53,740 bases of DNA from an uncultured Alphaproteobacteria bacterium (GTDB lineage: Bacteria > Pseudomonadota > Alphaproteobacteria > Methylaequorales > Methylaequoraceae), in the NCBI GenBank assembly GCA_902590895.1, contig CACIYM010000004.1, forward strand, positions 1 to 53,740, written 5' to 3'. The position numbers and the translations under genes are program-made. Below, in pieces: positions 9,466 through 20,407 of the stretch. The notes beneath the pieces were generated by a model. That model worked only from the letters and a program-made list of their open reading frames with translations. It did no database searches and was not told where the DNA came from. Position 1 is the first letter of the stretch, and every line of letters starts with the position of its first letter.

Positions 9466-10990
9466 AGTGTCTTGTTCCAGTAAATACTAAATTAACTTTT
9501 TGCTTCTTAGCTTCCTGAATAACTAAGTCATCGTTCAAGGAACCGCCAGGCTGAATAATATTTAGAATGTTGTTTTTAGCACAAATTTTAATAATGTCAG
9601 GAAAAGGAAAAAATCCGTCAGAGGCAAGAACACCCTGTATTTTACCAAAATTATTATTCATTCTTTTGATAGCCTGCTCAGCAGAGTCAATCCTATTCGT
9701 TTGACCAACACCAATGCCAACTGTTGACAAATTTTTTGCAATAACAATAGCGTTAGAACTGATAAATTTTGCTACAGTAAAAGCAAAATTCATATCATCT
9801 ATTACTTTTTTATGAGGTTTTTTGGTCATAAATTTTAATTTTTTTTGATCAATTTTTTTTAAATCTCTGTCTTGAATAAGTAAAAAGTTGTTCGTTGATT
9901 TTATAGATAATTTATTAGCTAGTTTATTATTGTTATATTTAATTAAAATAAGATTTTTTTTTTGAGATAACAATTTTCTTGCTTTTAGTGAAAAATCTGG
10001 TGCAACCACAACTTCTGTAAAAATTTTTAAAATTTCTATTGAAGTCTGCTCATCTAATTTTTTATTAAATGCTACAATACCACCGAAAGCACTAACGGTG
10101 TCACAGTTGAGTGCTTTTTTATATGCATTCACCTGCTTGTTGTCTAGAGCAACACCACACGGATTTCCGTGTTTAACAATCACACATGAATTTTTTTTAA
10201 AATTATTGGCGAGATCAAAGGCTATTTCTAAATCATTAATGTTGTTATATGACAAATCCTTACCTGAAATTTTTTTAATTTTATCATTTCCCAAAAAAAA
10301 AATTGCTGCTTTTTGGTGTGGATTTTCTCCATATCTCAAGTCACTAACTTTTTTTAGAGGTATTGCAGTTTTGGTTGATTGATAAAATTTGGCATTTTTA
10401 TCAAACCAATTGGCAATCACAGAGTCATAATAAGCGGTATGTTTGAATGCCTCCGTTGCGAATTTCTTTCTAATTTCATAGTTTATGTAATTACCATTTT
10501 TGTTTGCCTCGTCAATAAATTCGTTATATTGACTCGGAGATGTTACAACCAGTACACTCTTAAAATTTTTTGCTGCACCTCTTATTAATGATGGGCCCCC
10601 AATATCAATATTTTCAATACATTTAGACTCTACTGACTTTTTATTCATAGTATTTTCAAATGGATAAAGATTTACAATGACCAAATCTATTGGATTAATA
10701 TTTAATTTTTTGAGTTGATTCTTGTGACTAATTTTATTTTTATCAGCTAAAATCCCTGCGTGAATGAGTGGGTGTAATGTTTTGACTCTCCCATTTAAAA
10801 TTTCTTGAAAATTAGTGTATGAGGAAACCTCAGTTAACTGTAATTTATAATTTGATTTTTTTAAATATTTAAAAGTGCCACCACTTGAAATAACATGTAT
10901 TTTGTTTTTAAAAAAATAATCGGCTAATTTCTCTAATTTCTCTTTGTCAGATACAGATACTAGAGCAGTTTTAATTTTTATCTTCTTCAT
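9455..10990 (-). CDS. purH: Bifunctional AICAR transformylase / IMP cyclohydrolase
   Basis: ALVSVSDK, GRVKTLHP, ENIDIGGP, LRYGENPHQ, ASDGFFPF, IIQPGGS, TGTRHFKH. Confidence 0.98.
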   Translation of the reverse strand: MKKIKIKTALVSVSDKEKLEKLADYFFKNKIHVISSGGTFKYLKKSNYKLQLTEVSSYTNFQEILNGRVKTLHPLIHAGILADKNKISHKNQLKKLNINPIDLVIVNLYPFENTMNKKSVESKCIENIDIGGPSLIRGAAKNFKSVLVVTSPSQYNEFIDEANKNGNYINYEIRKKFATEAFKHTAYYDSVIANWFDKNAKFYQSTKTAIPLKKVSDLRYGENPHQKAAIFFLGNDKIKKISGKDLSYNNINDLEIAFDLANNFKKNSCVIVKHGNPCGVALDNKQVNAYKKALNCDTVSAFGGIVAFNKKLDEQTSIEILKIFTEVVVAPDFSLKARKLLSQKKNLILIKYNNNKLANKLSIKSTNNFLLIQDRDLKKIDQKKLKFMTKKPHKKVIDDMNFAFTVAKFISSNAIVIAKNLSTVGIGVGQTNRIDSAEQAIKRMNNNFGKIQGVLASDGFFPFPDIIKICAKNNILNIIQPGGSLNDDLVIQEAKKQKVNLVFTGTRHFKH

Positions 10991-12791
10991 TGTTTTTAAA
11001 TTCAGGTAGTATTTCTCTAAACTTTTTCATGGCCTCAATCATATTATTTTTCATAATTAATGAGGCCAGTTTTTCATAATCAGTGAAATCAACATTATAA
11101 AGTTTGTTTTTAGTAAACAAAATCCCATCTACTTCTGTTTTGCTCATTTCTTCGTTGCTAAAGTTAAGCTTTTCAGCAATTTTTTCTCCCTTTCTTAAGC
11201 CAGTAAATTCAATTTTTATTTCAGCTTCAGTCTTTCCAGATAAAGTTATCATTCTCTTTGCAAGGTCTTTGATTGAAACAGAATCCCCCATCTCTAAGAT
11301 GAATATACCACCATTTTTTTTGGTAGTTAACTGTGAGGAGATTAAAACTAGCTCTACAGCTTCCCTGATAGTCATGAAAAATCTTGTTACCTTTGGGTGT
11401 GTAATGGTTATTGGTCCACCTTTTTTTATTTGATTTTCAAATAAAGGTATAACTGAGCCAGTTGAACCTAAAACATTCCCAAACCTGACTATTGAGAAGT
11501 TTGTATTACAATTTAAATTTGAAATTTGTTGAATATATTTTTCACACAACCTTTTTGATGCACCCATTATATTTGTCGGGTAAACAGCTTTATCGGTAGA
11601 AATAAAAATCATTTTTGGAATTTCGTAAAGATTACATAGCTCACAAATCTTTACGGTTGCCAAAAAGTTAGTTTTTAATGCCTCAATTGGGTCATCTTCA
11701 ACAAATGTAATATGTTTTAATGCTGCTGCATGAAAAATTATGTCAGGTTTGTGGTTCTTAATTATTTCTTCCATTCGAGCATTATCTCTTATGTCAGCTA
11801 ATTTACTAATAAAAGGTCCTTTTACCTCTGATGAAATTTTATATAAAGCATATTCATTAGATTCTAGTAGGATAATGAGTTTCGGATTTAGGGAGCATAC
11901 CTGTCTTGCTAACTCCCCACCAATACTTCCACCAGCGCCTGTGATTAAAATGGTTTTGTTTGTTATTTGCGAAAGTAATGGCGTATCATGTACTTTTTGT
12001 TTACGCCCAAGAACATCTTCTATAGCAATTGGGTTTGCCGTGAATTGAGCTCCAGGATCCAATGAGAAGTTCGAAATTTTTGGGATTACGCCAATAGCTA
12101 GACCATTTTTTTTTGAAAAGATATACAGAGACTCAATTAGTTTTGAATCAATAGTATTATCTGAAATAATGACTCTTTGCAGTTCTAAACCCTTAATTTT
12201 TTTTTGAAGACTATCTAAATCATTAACAGAGGACAATATTGGGATATTATGGATTCTTCTTCCTACACCCGATTTTTTAGTTCCAACAATACCTACAACA
12301 TTATACGGAGAATTTTTTGCTATTTTGGTTAATCTAATAAAGTTTTCAGAGGGATCGTTATCGCCAACTATTAATACAGGAATTTTTGATTTTTTTTTTA
12401 TTAACTTATCCTTTAAAATCCTATAAAGAACTCTTGGTCCAGTTACTCCAAGTAATGAAACAATAAATAATAGTATTGGAAATGAACGCGGTATGTCTTG
12501 AAGTCGAAAAATTAAAAATAATAGTGCAATTGTAAAAAGAGTTGAAATAACAATGCTTTTGAAAATGGATATAATCTCATGCATTGAGGCATATCTCCAT
12601 ATTCCATGATACAGACCATAGTAGTTAAGGATGACGATATTGCTAAATGCAAATAATATAGAAAAAACCCAAAGTGACTGCATCAGAAGTATTGCATAAT
12701 CAGATTCAAGTCTAAGCAAAAGTGCCATGAAAAATGAAAGGCAAAAAATAAAAAAATCATGTATTACAGTAATAAGTATTTTTTTATTCAT
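10971..12791 (-). CDS. Membrane-anchored UDP-sugar 4,6-dehydratase (CapD/WbpM/PglF family)
   Basis: N-terminal TM helices; ITGAGGSIGGEL, FHAAALKH, ISTDKAV.P.N.MGASKR, VRFGNVLGSTGSV. Confidence 0.93.
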   Translation of the reverse strand: MNKKILITVIHDFFIFCLSFFMALLLRLESDYAILLMQSLWVFSILFAFSNIVILNYYGLYHGIWRYASMHEIISIFKSIVISTLFTIALLFLIFRLQDIPRSFPILLFIVSLLGVTGPRVLYRILKDKLIKKKSKIPVLIVGDNDPSENFIRLTKIAKNSPYNVVGIVGTKKSGVGRRIHNIPILSSVNDLDSLQKKIKGLELQRVIISDNTIDSKLIESLYIFSKKNGLAIGVIPKISNFSLDPGAQFTANPIAIEDVLGRKQKVHDTPLLSQITNKTILITGAGGSIGGELARQVCSLNPKLIILLESNEYALYKISSEVKGPFISKLADIRDNARMEEIIKNHKPDIIFHAAALKHITFVEDDPIEALKTNFLATVKICELCNLYEIPKMIFISTDKAVYPTNIMGASKRLCEKYIQQISNLNCNTNFSIVRFGNVLGSTGSVIPLFENQIKKGGPITITHPKVTRFFMTIREAVELVLISSQLTTKKNGGIFILEMGDSVSIKDLAKRMITLSGKTEAEIKIEFTGLRKGEKIAEKLNFSNEEMSKTEVDGILFTKNKLYNVDFTDYEKLASLIMKNNMIEAMKKFREILPEFKNNEEDKN

Positions 12792-13809
12792 CTTGATAGT
12801 GTTTATGAAGAAAAATTAAGAACCCTAGTGTAAAAAAAATTGCTGAGATCAATGATACAAAAGGATACTTAACAGAAATCATTGAAAAAATAAATAGAAA
12901 AAAAAGTAAAATAGTTATCTTATTTAACACTTGCCTATGTGTTTGACCAGTTCTAAGAATTTTTTGATAGAAATGATCGCTGTGAGCTTCAAAAATATTT
13001 TTTTTCTTAATTATTCTGATAATTAAAGTTAGAGTTGAATCAGACAAATAATACATAGAAATTATTAATAATGGTACAATTGGACCACCATTTAAAAAAT
13101 TATAAATTAAAACTAATCCAGCAATGTATCCGACTGGTATTGATCCAACATCACCTAAAAAAATTTGAGCTGAAGGTTTGTTAAAACTATAAAATGCTAA
13201 AAATAAAGAGATTAATATAAGGCTAAGAAATTGAAAGTTTTCATTCATGTATCCCAAAAGATATAATATATTTGTTGTAAATGCTAAAAATAAAACCTGA
13301 GTACAAGTAAGCCCATCCATTCCATCCATAAAATTAAATAGATTTATTATCCATACCCAAATTAGTGTTAAAGCAAAAGAAAAAAAATAAAAAATAAAAA
13401 GTCGATTAAAATCAATAAATTCTAGAATATTGTTATCAATGAATTTATAGATATCTTCTTTTAAAACAAAAATAGATATCGCTACAGTTATTACGTGTAC
13501 CAAAAGTCTTATCGGAGCTGATAGATTTTTAAAGTCATCAATTAAGGAAACTATGAATAAAATTACAGTAGAGATGAGAAAAATAAACCACTGTTTGTCA
13601 AAAAAATCTTGAGAAACAAAAATTCCTAATATAGAAAAAATGAATAAAGGTATAATGACTATACCGGCACCTTTTGGTACTAAAATTTGGTGATTACTTC
13701 TTTCAGAAGGGTAATCAACAAGTGACTTTTCTTTTAAAAATGGTATAAGTTTTCTTATTAAATAATTACTAATTACAAACAATATTAATGGTATAAAAAA
13801 AACTATCAT
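12784..13809 (-). CDS. Polyprenyl-phosphate HexNAc-1-phosphate transferase (glycosyltransferase family 4, WecA/WbpL-like)
   Basis: RSNH...PKGAG, IDD, NLFNFMDGMDG, IFLGDVGS, AHSDHFYQ; polytopic membrane protein. Confidence 0.9.
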   Translation of the reverse strand: MIVFFIPLILFVISNYLIRKLIPFLKEKSLVDYPSERSNHQILVPKGAGIVIIPLFIFSILGIFVSQDFFDKQWFIFLISTVILFIVSLIDDFKNLSAPIRLLVHVITVAISIFVLKEDIYKFIDNNILEFIDFNRLFIFYFFSFALTLIWVWIINLFNFMDGMDGLTCTQVLFLAFTTNILYLLGYMNENFQFLSLILISLFLAFYSFNKPSAQIFLGDVGSIPVGYIAGLVLIYNFLNGGPIVPLLIISMYYLSDSTLTLIIRIIKKKNIFEAHSDHFYQKILRTGQTHRQVLNKITILLFFLFIFSMISVKYPFVSLISAIFFTLGFLIFLHKHYQDE

Positions 13810-13833
13810 ATTTTCTAATTAAGAATTAATTTT

Positions 13834-15093
13834 ATGAGCGAAAAAAAAATAGCTGTTCTTGGGCTAGGTTATGTAGGTCTCCCTTTAGCATTAGAGTTAT
13901 CCTTGACATTTAGCGTTAAAGGTTTTGATATAAATAATAACAGAATTAATCAACTTATAAAAGGAATTGATTCAACACTGGAGGTCGATCCAAAGAAACT
14001 TATAAATCAGCAAAATAATAAAAAACTTTTAATAACAAAATCACAAAAAGATTTAAAAGACTGTAATATTTTTATTGCTACAGTTCCAACACCTATTGAT
14101 TCAAAAAAAAAACCAGATTTCACGGCCTTATTAAATGTATGTAAAGTTATCGGACCTCTACTTAAGAAAAAAGATATAGTTGTTTTTGAAAGTACAGTTT
14201 TCCCTGGTGCGACCGAGGAGATTTGCGGACCCGAGCTTGAAAAATACTCAAACAAATTAAAATGTGGAGAGGATTTTTTTCTTGGTTATTCACCAGAGAG
14301 AGTTAATCCAGGCGATAAAATTCATACCATAGATAAAATTAATAAAGTAATATCAGGTCAAAATGCGAAAGTTGAAAAAGAGCTTTTTGAAATATATTCA
14401 AAGCTTACTGAGGGGAAAGTTTTTTTGGCAAAAAGCATTAAAGTAGCTGAAGCAGCAAAGGTGATTGAAAATTCTCAAAGAGATATAAATATAGCATTTA
14501 TCAATGAGGTTTCAAAAATTTGTAATAAAATAAATATTAGTACATACGATGTTTTAGAGGCGTCTCTGACAAAATGGAATTTCCTTAATTTTGAGCCGGG
14601 CTTAGTCGGTGGACATTGTATTGGAGTAGACCCATATTATTTAGCAGAAAAAGCAAATAGCTTGAAGATAGCTCCTCAAGTTATATTGTCAGGAAGACAA
14701 ACTAATGATCAAATGGTCGAGTTTATTGGAAAACAAATAAGTAAAAAAATCAAAAAGAAAGCTAACATTCTGTTTCTAGGCATTACTTTTAAAGAGGATG
14801 TTCCTGATCTTCGAAATTCTAAAAGTTTGGAGTTAATTAAATTTTTAAAAAAACAAAAACATAAAGTCATAATTTACGATCCTTTTATTGAAAAATTAAA
14901 AGATTTTCAAAGTTTGGATTTTTCAAAAAAAAAAAAAGCTATATACGATTCAGTGATTTTATCTGTTCCCCACAATTATTTTTTAAAGGAATTGAAAAAA
15001 GAATTTTTGCCGCTTTTAAAACCCAATGGAGTTTTTTTTGATATAAAGGGAAAATTTAGGAACGATTTTTCTGAAAACTATTGGTCACTTTAA
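13834..15093 (+). CDS. Nucleotide-sugar dehydrogenase (UDP-GlcNAc/GalNAc 6-dehydrogenase, WbpO/TviB/CapL-like)
   Basis: GLGYVGLPL, ESTVFPG, GYSPERVNPGD, PGLVGGHCIGVDPYYL, TFKEDVPDLRNS. Confidence 0.92.
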   Translation: MSEKKIAVLGLGYVGLPLALELSLTFSVKGFDINNNRINQLIKGIDSTLEVDPKKLINQQNNKKLLITKSQKDLKDCNIFIATVPTPIDSKKKPDFTALLNVCKVIGPLLKKKDIVVFESTVFPGATEEICGPELEKYSNKLKCGEDFFLGYSPERVNPGDKIHTIDKINKVISGQNAKVEKELFEIYSKLTEGKVFLAKSIKVAEAAKVIENSQRDINIAFINEVSKICNKINISTYDVLEASLTKWNFLNFEPGLVGGHCIGVDPYYLAEKANSLKIAPQVILSGRQTNDQMVEFIGKQISKKIKKKANILFLGITFKEDVPDLRNSKSLELIKFLKKQKHKVIIYDPFIEKLKDFQSLDFSKKKKAIYDSVILSVPHNYFLKELKKEFLPLLKPNGVFFDIKGKFRNDFSENYWSL

Positions 15094-15094
15094 A

Positions 15095-16675
15095 TTACTT
15101 TATAACTCTGAATAACCATTTAATTCTTTTTTCAGGAATGATATTATCAGAAATCAAAATATGATTATTTTTTTTTCTCAATTTCCTTGCACCAAAATAA
15201 ATACCTTCATTAATTTGAACTTTTGGCTCTGAGCATATAAACTCCCAACCGATGTTGTTTTGCAACTTTAGCACTACTTTTCTTTTACTAGCTGTCGCAC
15301 TGAGTTTAACATCTGGATGAATATGAAATCGTAAAAAAAGCATTTTAGGTATATTGTTATTTTGTTTTAAAGGTCTTGAAAAATAATCTTGACCTCGAAT
15401 AATAAGTTTTTCTGTGTCGACATGAATTTTTCGATTATGCACTAACCCAAACAAATCTTTGTAACCTGAGTGCGCAGAGTTTATCCAAAAGTTATTTCTG
15501 TCTTTTAATTTTTCTGACCAAACATTTGCTATCCTTGAACCTGTATTTTTTTCAAAGAAAATATCAGAAGAATTTATATTATCAATACTAATAGTACTGT
15601 GTGCAGCTGTAGATCTTAGCGCTTCACTGAGTTGCTTATTATTTATAAATGGGGACCCACAATTAACGACAATTTTTTCGGATCCATGTGAAAATTCAAA
15701 TGAAAGTGAGCTCGCATGTGTTTTTTCTTGAGTTGGTTTTCCGCAATCCATTAAAAAACTTAATCTATTTTCGCTAATTCTCTGAAAACCAGACAATTTT
15801 AGAGAATCAGGAATCTTTAACTTTGAATTTGATCTTTTTAAAACCTCATTTATTTCATCCGGGTCAATGAATTTATATTTATTAAAAATTGATAGCTCGC
15901 CATTTCCGATCTTGAAAAATTTTAATACTGAGGACAATTTATAAATATTCTCATTTAAAAATTTTGGTATAACTATTTTTGAAAGCCCTAGAAAATTTTT
16001 AATGTCTATTAGAGATTGTAAAAAAATAAATTGTTCACTGGGAGACCTTAGGTAATGCAATCCATCATCAAGTATATCTTTATCAATAACTTGTTTGAGA
16101 TAATTAATCCCTGAATTTAATTTTCCTGATAAATTCTTGAAACTCAGAGAACCTAAGATTATAGCTTTTACTATGAATATTTTTTCATCACCATAATCTT
16201 TTCTTTTATAAGTTTTTATTAGATGTATTGATTGTTTATTAAGTAATTTTGTAAATTTTTTTTGGAAATTTTCATCTGCAGTTTCATAGAAAAAAGACAT
16301 GTTACTCATCAAATGAAAAATTCTTTTTGCTAGAATATCATTTCTCCAGCCAATCGGGTCCCAAGTGTGATTAAATCTTATCCATTCTCGTATATTATCT
16401 CTAAGAAAAAGTCTTGCTTTATTTGTTCCTAATGCCTTAACATTTTTAATCCATTCAAAAGTGTGAAGTTCCTCATTCCAACTAATACTTGCATTATTTT
16501 TTCTCCACACGTTTTTATTAAAAGCAATACTCTCACCACTGAAACTTAAAAAACCGTCAATAATTTTTTTTCCTTCATCTGGATTTCCTGTCCATAAATT
16601 CTCAGGAATAAATGTAATTTCTGAGGATGATTTTCTATCGAGTAAGAAATTGTAAATAAAATTATTGTAAAACAT
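15095..16675 (-). CDS. Heparinase II/III-like family protein
   Basis: LH.FEW, HASSLSFEFS.G...IVVNCG, RSTAAHST, LRFHIHP; usual alphaproteobacterial position between rsmB and purH. Confidence 0.8.
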   Translation of the reverse strand: MFYNNFIYNFLLDRKSSSEITFIPENLWTGNPDEGKKIIDGFLSFSGESIAFNKNVWRKNNASISWNEELHTFEWIKNVKALGTNKARLFLRDNIREWIRFNHTWDPIGWRNDILAKRIFHLMSNMSFFYETADENFQKKFTKLLNKQSIHLIKTYKRKDYGDEKIFIVKAIILGSLSFKNLSGKLNSGINYLKQVIDKDILDDGLHYLRSPSEQFIFLQSLIDIKNFLGLSKIVIPKFLNENIYKLSSVLKFFKIGNGELSIFNKYKFIDPDEINEVLKRSNSKLKIPDSLKLSGFQRISENRLSFLMDCGKPTQEKTHASSLSFEFSHGSEKIVVNCGSPFINNKQLSEALRSTAAHSTISIDNINSSDIFFEKNTGSRIANVWSEKLKDRNNFWINSAHSGYKDLFGLVHNRKIHVDTEKLIIRGQDYFSRPLKQNNNIPKMLFLRFHIHPDVKLSATASKRKVVLKLQNNIGWEFICSEPKVQINEGIYFGARKLRKKNNHILISDNIIPEKRIKWLFRVIK

Positions 16676-16709
16676 ATAAAAAAATCAAACGAACTATAAA
16701 CTATCTAAA

Positions 16710-17990
16710 TTAAACTTTATTTTTTACCAAGCAGGCTATGAAGAATCCATCAACTCCTCCTTTCTTTCCAAAAGAATTAGGTGTAGCTAAAAATGTATTT
16801 GATTTTAAAACCATACCAAATTCTAGTATATCAGAAAAAAAATTCTCAGTTGAAAAACATTTTTGGTCATTAAGAAAATTTGTAATTTGTTTTTCACCCT
16901 CCTCTTTTAGAATCGAGCAAACACAGTAAATTATGTACCCTCCATCCTTTACTAAACTTGAAGCTTTCAAAAGCATTTTTTTCTGTTTATGCAATAAGGA
17001 AGAAATATTTTTTTTTACAACTAGCATTTCAGGTTTCTTTTGCATTAGACCTGAGCCAGAGCATGGTGCATCTATCAAAATGCAATCAAACTTTTCTTTG
17101 AGTTTAGCATTTAAAAAATCTTCGTTAATGATGTTAGAATTTATTTTAAGTCTATTTAAGTTAGCACTAAAAGTTAGAATTCTTTTTTTTGAGATTTCAA
17201 TTGATTTTACTTTAAATCCTAAATCTATAAGTTGAAAGGATTTACCACCAGGAGCCGCTCCAACATCTAAAACCGTTCCTTTTTTTTTATTTTCTTTAAA
17301 GATTGTATTTATTATATTAACTGGTAGTGATGAGGAAAGGCCTTGTACCCACCAACTACCTTCTTTATAGAAGGGAAGATCAGCTATATTTGATTGACTT
17401 TTAATTCTGACGATGTTTTTAAAAACATTTTTACCTTTCAAAATTTTTTCCCATTCATAGTTCTCAAATACTTTACTCTTTATATTGATATCAATACAAG
17501 GTTCCTTACAAATTTGATTTGCTATTGATGCAAGTCTTTTTTCTCCAAGAAAATCTTTGAGACCATTTTTAATCCAATCAGGAATATTATTTGTTGTAGG
17601 AATATTCTTTATTAGATGTTTTTTATTTTTACAAATATTTCTTAATACTGCATTTGTAAATTTTTCAGACTTATACTTTTTTGATATTTCTACAGCACTA
17701 TGTACTGTAGAATATTCTGGAAATTCTAAAAAGAGTATTTGCGCAACAGATATTTTAAGTAAATAATTGACTAAAAAATTCTTTTTAAGGGGCTTTTTTA
17801 TATACTTAGATAAAACAATATTGATTTGACCGTTGCGTCTAAGCGTTGTTAAGACAAGTAAACTAACTAATGATTTATCTCGTTGATCAAGCTTTGCATA
17901 CTCCTTGTTAGTCAAAAGGGCTTTTTCAAAGCTTTTTCCGTAAAAAATATCGGAGAGTATTTTCGAAGAAATTTCTCTTGAATCGACCAA
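16710..17990 (-). CDS. rsmB: 16S rRNA m5C methyltransferase RsmB/Sun (NusB-like plus NOL1/NOP2 domains)
   Basis: NAVLR, LDVGAAPGGKS, DAPCSGSG, YCVCS...EEGE, DGFFIACL. Confidence 0.88.
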   Translation of the reverse strand: MVDSREISSKILSDIFYGKSFEKALLTNKEYAKLDQRDKSLVSLLVLTTLRRNGQINIVLSKYIKKPLKKNFLVNYLLKISVAQILFLEFPEYSTVHSAVEISKKYKSEKFTNAVLRNICKNKKHLIKNIPTTNNIPDWIKNGLKDFLGEKRLASIANQICKEPCIDINIKSKVFENYEWEKILKGKNVFKNIVRIKSQSNIADLPFYKEGSWWVQGLSSSLPVNIINTIFKENKKKGTVLDVGAAPGGKSFQLIDLGFKVKSIEISKKRILTFSANLNRLKINSNIINEDFLNAKLKEKFDCILIDAPCSGSGLMQKKPEMLVVKKNISSLLHKQKKMLLKASSLVKDGGYIIYCVCSILKEEGEKQITNFLNDQKCFSTENFFSDILEFGMVLKSNTFLATPNSFGKKGGVDGFFIACLVKNKV

Positions 17991-18031
17991 TTATTTGTGG
18001 CTTTCTTATTTATTAATATTAAATAAGTATA

Positions 18032-18166
18032 ATGGTTAAGAAGTTAAAATCAAATAAGTCAAAATTAAAATCGAAAAAAAAATCTAAGGAAATTGGTGGG
18101 CCAGAAGGTCTTGAGCCAACCAGGTATGGCGATTGGGAAAAGAATGGCATTTGTCATGACTTCTAA
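18032..18166 (+). CDS. DUF1674 / succinate dehydrogenase assembly factor 4 (SDHAF4/Sdh8)-like small protein, 44 aa (not in ORF track)
   Basis: Manual translation [44 protein letters not shown] contains the [15 protein letters not shown]...DF signature. Confidence 0.93.
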   Translation: MVKKLKSNKSKLKSKKKSKEIGGPEGLEPTRYGDWEKNGICHDF

Positions 18167-18169
18167 AAT

Positions 18170-20080
18170 CTAACGTCTGTTCTTGATCAATTCGTCAACA
18201 ACACCTGGTTCATTAAGTGTTGATGTGTCACCAATTGACTCTTCTTCATTGCAAGCAACTTTTCTCAGGATTCTTCTCATTATTTTACCAGATCGTGTCT
18301 TTGGTAGATTTGGTGCCCATTGAATCACATCCGGGGTTGCTATTGGACCAATTACAGATCTAACCCAACTTACTAATTGTTTTTTTAAATCTTCAGTATA
18401 ATTTTCTCCTGTCATTAGAGTTACATAAGCATATATTCCCTGCCCTTTAATATCGTGAGGATACCCTACAACAGCAGCCTCAGAAACTTTTTTGTGAAGA
18501 ACTAAAGCACTCTCAACCTCTGCTGTTCCTAATCTGTGTCCAGAAACATTAATTACATCATCAACCCTTCCCGTTATCCAGTAGTATCCATCCTTATCTC
18601 TGCGGCATCCATCCCCAGTAAAGTATTTTCCTTTAAATGACGAAAAATAAGTTTCAACAAACCTTTTGTGATTTCTATATACAGTTCGCATCATTCCAGG
18701 CCATGATGTTGAAATACATAGATTTCCTTCGCATTCTCCTTGTAGCTCATTCCCTTCGTTATCAACAATTATTGGTTGCACTCCATAGAAAGGTAGAGTT
18801 GCTGAGCCGGGTTTAAGGGGAGTAGTTCCTGCAATTGGGGATATTAGAATTCCACCAGTTTCTGTTTGCCACCACGTATCAATTACAGGACACTTTTTTC
18901 CTCCAATTACTTCATGATACCATTTCCATGCTTCGGGATTTATAGGCTCTCCAACACTTCCAAGAACTTTAAGGGATGATAGATTAAATTTCTTAACGTA
19001 AGAATCACCCAAACCCATAAGGGCCCTTATAGCAGTAGGTGCGGTATAAAAAATATTTACCTTAAACTTATCAACAATCTGCCAAAATCTTGATGCATCA
19101 GGATAAGTTGGGATCCCTTCAAACATCAATGTTGTTGAACCGTTACACAATGGACCATAGACGATATATGAATGACCAGTAACCCAACCAACATCGGCAG
19201 TACACCAATAAATGTCGTCTTGTTTTAAATCAAAAATAGTTCTATGACTTATTGAGGCATGAAGCAAATATCCAGCTGAAGTATGCAAAACACCTTTTGG
19301 TTTACCGGTCGACCCAGAGGTATATAAAATAAAAAGTGGATCCTCAGAAAATTGTTCAGTTATTTCACATTTGTTACTTTGATTTGAAACCAAATCTTCA
19401 TACGACACTTCTTTTTTATGGTAATTGATCTCTTTGTTCGTACGATTAACTATAACTATATTTTCAATAATATCTAAATCAGTTGTTGCACTTCTTACAT
19501 TTGACAGCAGCGGAATAGCTTTTCCTCCCCTAAGACCTTCATTTGCTGTGATTACTGTGGACGATCCACAATCAACTATTCTATCTCTAAGAGAATCGGG
19601 AGCAAATCCACCAAAAACAACAGAGTGAATTGCACCAATTCTTGCACACGCAAGCATAGCATAAGCAGCCTCTGGAATCATAGGTAGATAAATTGTAACC
19701 CTGTCTCCCTTTTTTACTCCAAGGGACTTTAAACCATTGGCAAATTTGCAAACTTCATTGTGAAGGTCATTATAGGTGATTTTTTTGCTTTCATTTGGTG
19801 TGTCAGCCTCCCAAATAATCGCCACCTTTTTTCCTCTTTCTTTTAAATGTCGATCAATACAGTTGTATGAAACATTTAAAGAACCTCCTCTAAACCATTT
19901 AATACTTACTTCATTATTAAATGTACTCTCTTTTACAGTCGAGAACTCCTTAATCCAGGAAAGTGATGAAGCTTTATCACTCCAAAATTTTTCCGGATCA
20001 TCAATAGATAGTCTGTATTCTTCAAAATACTTTTCTATTGACAAAGACGGCTTAGAAATTTTATTTTTTACAAAATTCAT
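18170..20080 (-). CDS. acs: Acetyl-CoA synthetase
   Basis: [48 protein letters not shown]. Confidence 0.98.
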   Translation of the reverse strand: MNFVKNKISKPSLSIEKYFEEYRLSIDDPEKFWSDKASSLSWIKEFSTVKESTFNNEVSIKWFRGGSLNVSYNCIDRHLKERGKKVAIIWEADTPNESKKITYNDLHNEVCKFANGLKSLGVKKGDRVTIYLPMIPEAAYAMLACARIGAIHSVVFGGFAPDSLRDRIVDCGSSTVITANEGLRGGKAIPLLSNVRSATTDLDIIENIVIVNRTNKEINYHKKEVSYEDLVSNQSNKCEITEQFSEDPLFILYTSGSTGKPKGVLHTSAGYLLHASISHRTIFDLKQDDIYWCTADVGWVTGHSYIVYGPLCNGSTTLMFEGIPTYPDASRFWQIVDKFKVNIFYTAPTAIRALMGLGDSYVKKFNLSSLKVLGSVGEPINPEAWKWYHEVIGGKKCPVIDTWWQTETGGILISPIAGTTPLKPGSATLPFYGVQPIIVDNEGNELQGECEGNLCISTSWPGMMRTVYRNHKRFVETYFSSFKGKYFTGDGCRRDKDGYYWITGRVDDVINVSGHRLGTAEVESALVLHKKVSEAAVVGYPHDIKGQGIYAYVTLMTGENYTEDLKKQLVSWVRSVIGPIATPDVIQWAPNLPKTRSGKIMRRILRKVACNEEESIGDTSTLNEPGVVDELIKNRR

Positions 20081-20131
20081 AATTTCCTCACCACATAGAT
20101 ATATTAACTCAAAAATAAAATAAACAGTTTT

Positions 20132-20407
20132 TTAAAACACTCTTTTAAATAGTTCAATCTCAACAGTCTCAAAAAGATTCACCTTTGCGTAGGGATCTTT
20201 TTTTAAAAATTCTTCAAGTTTTGTTTTATTTTCAAACTTTATTACTAACATGCTGCCTTTCGGATTTTCGCTATCATCTAAGATTGGTCCAGCCATAACT
20301 AGGTTTTCCTTTAAGGTTTGAAGATATTTCAAATGAAAATTTCTATTAGCAAGTCTTTTACCTAAAGAATTTTCTTTATCTTTGCATATAACTATAAATG
20401 TATTCAT
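20132..20407 (-). CDS. YciI family protein
   Basis: R...R..HL.YL, AGP.LD, GS, DPY motifs; typical position after gpsA. Confidence 0.88.
   Translation of the reverse strand: MNTFIVICKDKENSLGKRLANRNFHLKYLQTLKENLVMAGPILDDSENPKGSMLVIKFENKTKLEEFLKKDPYAKVNLFETVEIELFKRVF

Noticed and set aside
14925-14937. A13 run in the nucleotide-sugar dehydrogenase (also A13 at 31103-31115 and A12 near 24073) as phase-variation tracts
   Set aside because: Long A/T runs occur throughout this AT-rich window, including housekeeping genes. All are in frame as poly-Lys codons and there is no sign of slippage.
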